A DNA stretch of 40,079 nucleotides from Bacteroidales bacterium. Lineage in GTDB: Bacteria; Bacteroidota; Bacteroidia; Bacteroidales; UBA3824. The translations under genes and the position numbers were made by a program. The DNA is taken from assembly GCA_045640025.1 (NCBI GenBank), contig JAZUEG010000552.1, positions 1-40,079 on the forward strand, read 5' to 3'. Shown piece after piece: positions 35,199 through 40,079 of the stretch. The notes under the pieces were generated by a model. The model worked only from the letters and a program-made list of their open reading frames with translations. It was not told where the DNA came from and did not search any database. Position 1 is the first letter of the stretch. Every line of letters begins with the position of its first letter.

Positions 35199-35710
35199 AG
35201 CTAATGTGGACAACTTAAAAAAGCCGTCAAAACATAAGAGACTGAAAATAAAGAGATTAGCAAATTTTACATTTAGTATCATAAGCTAATCATTTTGTTA
35301 TAAATCAGCTAATTACAAGACTTATAAACATGGTGTGTTAATAACACTGTTAATAACTGTTGATAACGCCGCCACCTATGTGGAAAACCGTGACAAAGGT
35401 AAAAATTATCAACAGAAACCAATTAATTTCCACAAAAAATTAACAGTTTGTCCACCGCAAAAACACATCTTCACCATCAGCTGCTTATCCACATCAGTAT
35501 TTCAGCTAATGGCCAGCTAATGTGAATAACTCTTGTAACCGCCAATTATTCAGAAAAATAATCGGCCATGCCAATGTGGATAAAAACACTGCAAATGTGG
35601 AAAACTCAAAAGCCAAAATTAAAGAAAAAAAGTTATCCACAATATCCACACGCAATAAAAAACAATAAAAGAATTAAAAAATAAAAAAATAAATAATATT
35701 AATTTGAAAG
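35199..35710. other. Candidate chromosomal replication origin (oriC): DnaA-box cluster plus AT-rich unwinding tract
   Basis: Perfect TTATCCACA / TGTGGATAA boxes lie at 35485..35493, 35575..35583 and 35633..35641. One-mismatch boxes lie at 35205..35213 (TGTGGACAA), 35358..35366 (TGTTGATAA), 35379..35387 and 35596..35604 (TGTGGAAAA), 35521..35529 (TGTGAATAA) and 35642..35650 (ATATCCACA). Weaker boxes lie at 35426..35434 and 35448..35456. A roughly 90% A+T tract at 35651..35710 abuts the last two boxes. The whole lies in a 559-bp gene-free spacer between divergent rpiB and nadA. Confidence 0.65.
35504..35513 (+). repeat. Copy of AGCTAATGGC (10-mer), intergenic, inside the putative oriC
   Basis: The sequence is AGCTAATGGCC, followed immediately by AGCTAATGTGAATAA (35515..35529), so the word is fused to a DnaA box. 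Confidence 0.9.
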
Positions 35711-35716
35711 AAAACG

Positions 35717-36703
35717 ATGGAAGGAGCTTTGAAACCAACCCTCAAGAACGGACATATCGACATGCCGGTTCCAGAGGGCACAGACCTTAGGGCAGAGATA
35801 GCGAGAATGAAAAAAGAGAAAAACGCTGTAATACTCGCCCACTACTATACTACAGCCGAAGTGCAGGAAGTGGCCGACTACACCGGCGACAGCCTGGGCC
35901 TAAGTCAGCAGGCAGCTAAAACAGATGCCGACATAATCCTCTTTGCCGGAGTGCACTTTATGGCCGAGACAGCCAAAGTACTTTCGCCGAAAAAGAAAGT
36001 GCTGATCCCCGACCTGGCTACAAGCTGCTCGCTGGCCGATTCAGTTACCGAAATGGCCCTGGCCGAGTGCAAGAAAAAATATCCCGACCACACTGTAATC
36101 TCATACGTAAACACAACCGCCGAGGTTAAGGCCCTCACCGACATTGTGGTAACATCCAGCAACGCCGTAAAGATAGTGAGCCAGCTGCCCGCCGACGAGA
36201 AAATAATCTTCGGCCCCGACAAGAACCTCGGCAACTACGTGAAGAAGGTGACCGGCCGCGACGACATGATAATCTGGGACGGCGGATGCCACGTTCACGA
36301 CCATTTCGACGCAGAGGCGCTCCGCAAGCTGAAAGCCGAGCATCCGGCTGCGAAGGTACTCGCCCACCCCGAGTGCAACGAGTCTATTCTCAGCCAGGCC
36401 GACGTGATAGGTGCCACATCAGCTCTCCTGAAAGCCACTTGCGAATTGCCTGATACAGAGTTCATTGTAGCCACCGAGCCCGGCATATTCTACGAGATGA
36501 AGAAACGCAATCCGCAGAAAACATACATTCCCGTGCCCAACGAGAACGGCCACCCATACAATGTATGCCAAAACATGAAGCGCAACAATCTCGTGAAGAT
36601 CTACAACACGCTAAAATACGAATTTCCAGAAGTGGACGTGCCGGAGGCCCTCAGCAACAAGGCCATTAGCTGCATAACACGCATGATGGAAATGAGTAAA
36701 TAA
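35717..36703 (+). CDS. nadA: Quinolinate synthase NadA
   Basis: 328 aa with ILAHYYT, AGVHFMAETAKVL, SYVNTTAEVKA, HPEC and ATEPGI. Confidence 0.93.
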   Translation: MEGALKPTLKNGHIDMPVPEGTDLRAEIARMKKEKNAVILAHYYTTAEVQEVADYTGDSLGLSQQAAKTDADIILFAGVHFMAETAKVLSPKKKVLIPDLATSCSLADSVTEMALAECKKKYPDHTVISYVNTTAEVKALTDIVVTSSNAVKIVSQLPADEKIIFGPDKNLGNYVKKVTGRDDMIIWDGGCHVHDHFDAEALRKLKAEHPAAKVLAHPECNESILSQADVIGATSALLKATCELPDTEFIVATEPGIFYEMKKRNPQKTYIPVPNENGHPYNVCQNMKRNNLVKIYNTLKYEFPEVDVPEALSNKAISCITRMMEMSK

Positions 36704-36725
36704 TCCACATAACACTTTTTTTCAG

Positions 36726-38273
36726 ATGAAAAAGTTTTGTTTGTTCCTTACGGCATTGCTGATATCCACCACATTCTGCATGGGACAAAACCAGATAGTA
36801 GCTAATGGCTACAACAAATTCTACTATCCCGACGGCTCAATATCGTCGGAGGGCACACTCCGCGATGGCAAGCCCGACGGATTCTGGAAGACATATTATC
36901 CAAACGGCAAGCTGAAATCGGCCGGCAAGCGCACCGATTTTCTGCTCGACAGCACATGGGTATTCCTGGACGAGCGCGGCGACACCACAAGCCTCATTAG
37001 CTACAATTACGGCAAGAAAAACGGCTATTCGTGCACCTACGAGACCTTTGCCGACAGCATCAGTCACAACGTGGTAAAGGCCCGTGAGCTATACCGCGAC
37101 GACAAGAGGCAGGGTTACGCCTACTACTACAAGAAAGGCCTTCTGGACAGCGAAATTCCATACAAAGACGACAGAAAGCATGGCGAAGGATACCAATACG
37201 ACAAAAATGGCACTATCGTCGCAGTTTTGACCTATAAATACAACGATCTTGTGGACCGCATGATAATAAACAGAATCGACGAAAACGGTCTAAAACAGGG
37301 CTTTTTCCGCACGTTCTACCCCGACAAGAAGGTCAAGACCGAATGCTACTATAAAGACGGCAAATTGAACGGATATTTCCGCGAGTTCGATCAGAGAGGC
37401 AAGGAAATATCGGCCGTAAGATACATCAACGGCGAGCTTCAGCAGGAGCAGAAGAATCAGCTGGCATCCGACGCATCCGCCGCCAAAGTCAAGATTGAGT
37501 ACAACGACAACGGAACCATGAAAAAATCGGGCGCATACAAGGACAACAAGCCCGTGGGTGTACACCGCACCTACAACAAGGACGGCAAGATAAACGGCGG
37601 ATCGCTCTACGACGACAACGGCATCAAGATAGCCGACGGTGTAACCGACGGCCGGGGACGCGAGCAGGGCAAATGGACCGTATACGACAGCACCGGCGCC
37701 GTAAGGGCCAAGGGCCAGTACAAGAACGGCAAGCGCGACGGACAGTGGTACTTCTACTTCCCCGACGGCAAAACCGAGCAGGAAGGTGTCTACAAGGACG
37801 GCAATCCCGACGGCAAGTGGATGTGGTATTTCCACGACGGCAAAACCCGCCGCGAGGAGCACTTCGCCAAGGGCAAGGAAGACGGCATATACTACGAGCT
37901 CAGCCAGGCCGGCGACACGCTGCAGTCCGGCGAATACATTGAGGGCGAGAAACACGGCATCTGGCGCATGACCACCGGCGATGCCATGGTGGTGGAAAAC
38001 TTCAACGACGGCATTCCCCATGGCGAATACACCATCTACACATTGCCGGGTATGTCTATTCGCGTGCAGTCCAAGTATCTGAACGGCAATCTGCACGGCA
38101 AATTCACCGAATATTACGACGACGGCAAGGTATACCGCGAGGGCCAGTACATGGGCGGCAACCAAAACGGACCTTGGAAAATCTACACCGAGGAGGGACT
38201 CCTGGAAACCACCATCGAGTACCTTCAGGGCGAGATCGTAAAAATAGACGGAGTGGATATGCCCAAGAAATAG
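36726..38273 (+). CDS. Secreted MORN-variant repeat protein (YwqK-like repeats)
   Basis: 515 aa with a signal peptide. It has about 15 or more reiterations of the G-x-x-x-G-x-W-x-x-Y-Y-x-x-G-K pattern (for example DGKPDGFWKTYYPNGKLKS and DGQWYFYFPDGKTEQEG). Confidence 0.8.
   Translation: MKKFCLFLTALLISTTFCMGQNQIVANGYNKFYYPDGSISSEGTLRDGKPDGFWKTYYPNGKLKSAGKRTDFLLDSTWVFLDERGDTTSLISYNYGKKNGYSCTYETFADSISHNVVKARELYRDDKRQGYAYYYKKGLLDSEIPYKDDRKHGEGYQYDKNGTIVAVLTYKYNDLVDRMIINRIDENGLKQGFFRTFYPDKKVKTECYYKDGKLNGYFREFDQRGKEISAVRYINGELQQEQKNQLASDASAAKVKIEYNDNGTMKKSGAYKDNKPVGVHRTYNKDGKINGGSLYDDNGIKIADGVTDGRGREQGKWTVYDSTGAVRAKGQYKNGKRDGQWYFYFPDGKTEQEGVYKDGNPDGKWMWYFHDGKTRREEHFAKGKEDGIYYELSQAGDTLQSGEYIEGEKHGIWRMTTGDAMVVENFNDGIPHGEYTIYTLPGMSIRVQSKYLNGNLHGKFTEYYDDGKVYREGQYMGGNQNGPWKIYTEEGLLETTIEYLQGEIVKIDGVDMPKK
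36800..36809 (+). repeat. Copy of AGCTAATGGC (10-mer)
   Basis: It lies inside the MORN-repeat gene in sense (VANGY). Confidence 0.9.
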
Positions 38274-38298
38274 CGAAACGATTATCTATCAATACAAA

Positions 38299-38345
38299 AA
38301 CGGGTTGCGCCTCAATCATTGGCACAACCCGTTTTCTGTTTTTTT
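38299..38345. terminator. Bidirectional rho-independent terminator between convergent genes
   Basis: The stem is AACGGGTTGCGCC (38299..38311) paired with GGCACAACCCGTT (38321..38333), with one G-T wobble. An A-run lies upstream and a T-rich run downstream. Confidence 0.7.
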
Positions 38346-38374
38346 GTTTCAGTTTTTTTTCAGCTGATGGCAAA

Positions 38375-38668
38375 TTATCTGAGAGCCTTCTCCACGTTTT
38401 CGCGCACTGCCTTCTCCAGCATTCCGCTGAAAGGCAGCACAAAGAATGGGAGTCTTGCCTTTACCACTACGTCGCTCTCATTCACCTCTATGGTTCCCGA
38501 AACATTAATGCCATTGAAAGAGCAGCTGTATTGTCCGGTGTTGCCATTCCAGATTTCTTGAACGTTTTTTACCTGGCTACCGTGCTCGGCCAATAGCCCT
38601 GCCATCATCTGCTTGGTTTTCTCCACTGCCAATTCCTGGCTATGTGCGTGATTTACTTTTACTTCCAT
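38375..38668 (-). CDS. Small protein resembling the polyhydroxyalkanoic-acid-system family (PHA_gran_rgn-like)
   Basis: 97 aa from ATG 38668 (MEVKVNHAHSQELAVEKTKQMM...W.G......F.G..VSG.IEV....V.V...LP.....SGMLEKAVRENVEKAL). The family assignment is from memory of the pattern and is tentative. Confidence 0.5.
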   Translation of the reverse strand: MEVKVNHAHSQELAVEKTKQMMAGLLAEHGSQVKNVQEIWNGNTGQYSCSFNGINVSGTIEVNESDVVVKARLPFFVLPFSGMLEKAVRENVEKALR

Positions 38669-38758
38669 GTTTTTTTTCGTTTTATTGGTTAGTCTATCTA
38701 ATGGCAAATATAATTTATAATTATTATCCAGCCAAATAAATTACGCCTCTCTCCTACC

Positions 38759-39778
38759 CTATTTGAAATATTCCTCCAGAAAATCGGCGAATTTGTTCAT
38801 CCGCTCCTTGCTTATTCCGGGAATATAGTAATAGAGATCCTTGTAAGTATTCATCAGCGAATAAAACAAATATTCCTCTATCATGTTGTTTTTGAGCACA
38901 TTGCTGAAAAAATCCACATAAAAGTCGCTTGCCGTCCTCTCCTCTTCGTCGGGATTTACGGCCACCGACTCGCAAACCTTCTCCAATATGGCAATGCTGT
39001 TTTCTATAAAACACTCAGGATCATCCATTTGCGCATCCTCGTCTGATTCGCATTTTTCCAGCTCAGGCAAAAAAGCCATTGCCCAGTATAGCTGAGTATC
39101 GGTTTCCGAGGCCGTAGTGTCTGTGCTGTATATCACTTCCTGCATGGCGTCGGTCACCTTCCGGGTGTTCTTCATTATATTCTGGATCTTCAGCACGGTA
39201 GTCGGCTTGGGATTCGTAAGTAGCTGAAAATAGTTGGCCAGCAGGCTCTGTACATAGTGCCGCGCCTTTTCCTCATTGATGGCTATTACATAATGCGCAC
39301 CTTGGTTAAGCGGCTCGCATTTTATAGTCTTGTAGAAAATCCTGCCGGCCTCGTTTTTCCTGTTGGGTATATCGTCTATCAGGGCAGCTAATAGCAGGTT
39401 TATCGTGTAGTCCTTCGGGTAGCGCGCCAGGATTTCGCGGTAAAGATTTTCCTCTTCGGCCAGTTTTCCCTGATAGTCGAGCATCCGGCCCTTGATAACA
39501 GCTGCGTCCTTGCTGTATTCGCCCTTTATGGTCAGGCATTCGCCGGAATACTTGTCGGCAAGCTTGTAGTTTCCCAGTTCCACATAGTTTTTTGCGAGAT
39601 TCAGGCAAACCAGTTCCTTGAACTCGTTGGTAGAATACAGGTCGAGCAGAATTTTGTTGCTTTTTACGTATTCTTTCTCGCTCTGCAATTGGAGTGCAGA
39701 CTTCATTTTTTCGCCCGCCGGCTGACTTTTTGCCGTCATAGCGAACAAAATGAGTATTATCGAAATAATCGTTCTCAT
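38759..39778 (-). CDS. Hypothetical secreted helical (TPR-like) protein
   Basis: 339 aa with signal peptide MRTIISIILILFAMTAKSQ. The N-terminal half has TPR-like helices. A 4-nt overlap links it to the upstream HAD gene. Confidence 0.6.
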   Translation of the reverse strand: MRTIISIILILFAMTAKSQPAGEKMKSALQLQSEKEYVKSNKILLDLYSTNEFKELVCLNLAKNYVELGNYKLADKYSGECLTIKGEYSKDAAVIKGRMLDYQGKLAEEENLYREILARYPKDYTINLLLAALIDDIPNRKNEAGRIFYKTIKCEPLNQGAHYVIAINEEKARHYVQSLLANYFQLLTNPKPTTVLKIQNIMKNTRKVTDAMQEVIYSTDTTASETDTQLYWAMAFLPELEKCESDEDAQMDDPECFIENSIAILEKVCESVAVNPDEEERTASDFYVDFFSNVLKNNMIEEYLFYSLMNTYKDLYYYIPGISKERMNKFADFLEEYFK

Positions 39779-40079
39779 TTCAAGTAATTATCTAATTTTT
39801 CGTATAGGTCGTTTATGTTGGTCAGGTGTATGGTTTTTATTCCAGCTGATAGCGCACCTTCTATGTTGTCGGCGCGGTCGTCTATGAATACAGTTTCCTC
39901 CGGATCGATTTTAGCGTCGTTGATTACCCACTCAAAACACTCCAAATCGGGTTTTCGGTTGTTGATTTCGTTGGAATAGTAAATTTTGGTGAAAAGTCCC
40001 GGCCTCCATTTTGAAATTGGCTCTAGATAGTCCACATGAATCTTGTTTGTATTGCTCAATACGTAGAGATTGTATAAGT
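39775..40079 (-). CDS. HAD-superfamily hydrolase (subfamily IA-like). The C-terminal part is present and the 5' end lies beyond the right edge.
   Basis: The frame stays open to the window edge (...LYNLYVLSNTNKIH...). HAD motif II is LSNT, and motifs III/IV are K....FIDDRADNIEGA. The track start at 40059 is a TTG inside the frame. Confidence 0.7.
   Translation of the reverse strand, partial: LYNLYVLSNTNKIHVDYLEPISKWRPGLFTKIYYSNEINNRKPDLECFEWVINDAKIDPEETVFIDDRADNIEGALSAGIKTIHLTNINDLYEKLDNYLK

Noticed and set aside
37290-38165. A 291-aa minus-strand ORF (V/A/L/G-rich) inside the MORN-repeat gene.
   Set aside because: It is an antisense shadow of a repetitive GC-rich coding region. The plus-strand frame has a signal peptide and regular MORN-type repeats.
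36726-38273. The MORN/YwqK-like repeat protein, considered as an antitoxin or immunity component because YwqK-family proteins are often annotated that way.
   Set aside because: It has a signal peptide, is 515 aa long and has no adjacent toxin, nuclease or Rhs/LXG gene. It is more likely a secreted repeat protein.

Overview
This is a hand annotation. No searches or computations were run beyond counting by eye. The window reads as core chromosome of a Bacteroidota genome: T9SS sprA, DUF4292/4294/4296-type lipoproteins and TAnnTTTG-type promoter boxes. It holds about 33 protein genes. I saw no rRNA, tRNA, CRISPR array, integrase or transposase. Gene order: partial sprA (1-5930, minus strand, absent from the supplied ORF track because it has no stop in the window), ruvA, DUF4294, LD-carboxypeptidase, futalosine-type radical SAM, DUF4296 lipoprotein, recO, acidic small protein, S41 protease, small lipoprotein, DUF1987/SiaC-like protein, and two tandem TPR-TM-PP2C phosphatases. 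A long minus-strand run follows: uvrC, mnmG, ybeY, an RsbW-like kinase, a 1224-aa low-complexity membrane protein, an EnvC-like M23 protein, DUF4292, TPR, dut, flippase and hemW. Then come a vanZ-like gene, rpiB, a 559-bp gene-free spacer, nadA, a MORN-repeat protein, a small PHA-like protein, a secreted helical protein and a partial HAD hydrolase. Four things stand out. (1) The rpiB-nadA spacer carries at least 9 DnaA boxes and a roughly 90% A+T tract, and looks like oriC. (2) The word AGCTAATGGC(G) occurs nine times, and its core AGCTAAT about 30 times. It lies on both strands, in several reading frames, in unrelated genes, and is clustered in the putative origin, which is how an uptake-signal or architectural DNA motif behaves. 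(3) There is a SiaC/SiaA-like partner-switching set with duplicated sensor phosphatases and no visible output domain. Its only candidate kinase lies 4.4 kb away in a low-GC envelope operon, next to a giant Q/N/D/S-rich membrane protein. (4) A compositional trough covers about 23-31 kb, with hand-sampled GC of roughly 32-37% against roughly 48-58% elsewhere. All family calls rest on motif recognition and need confirmation by HMM or BLAST.
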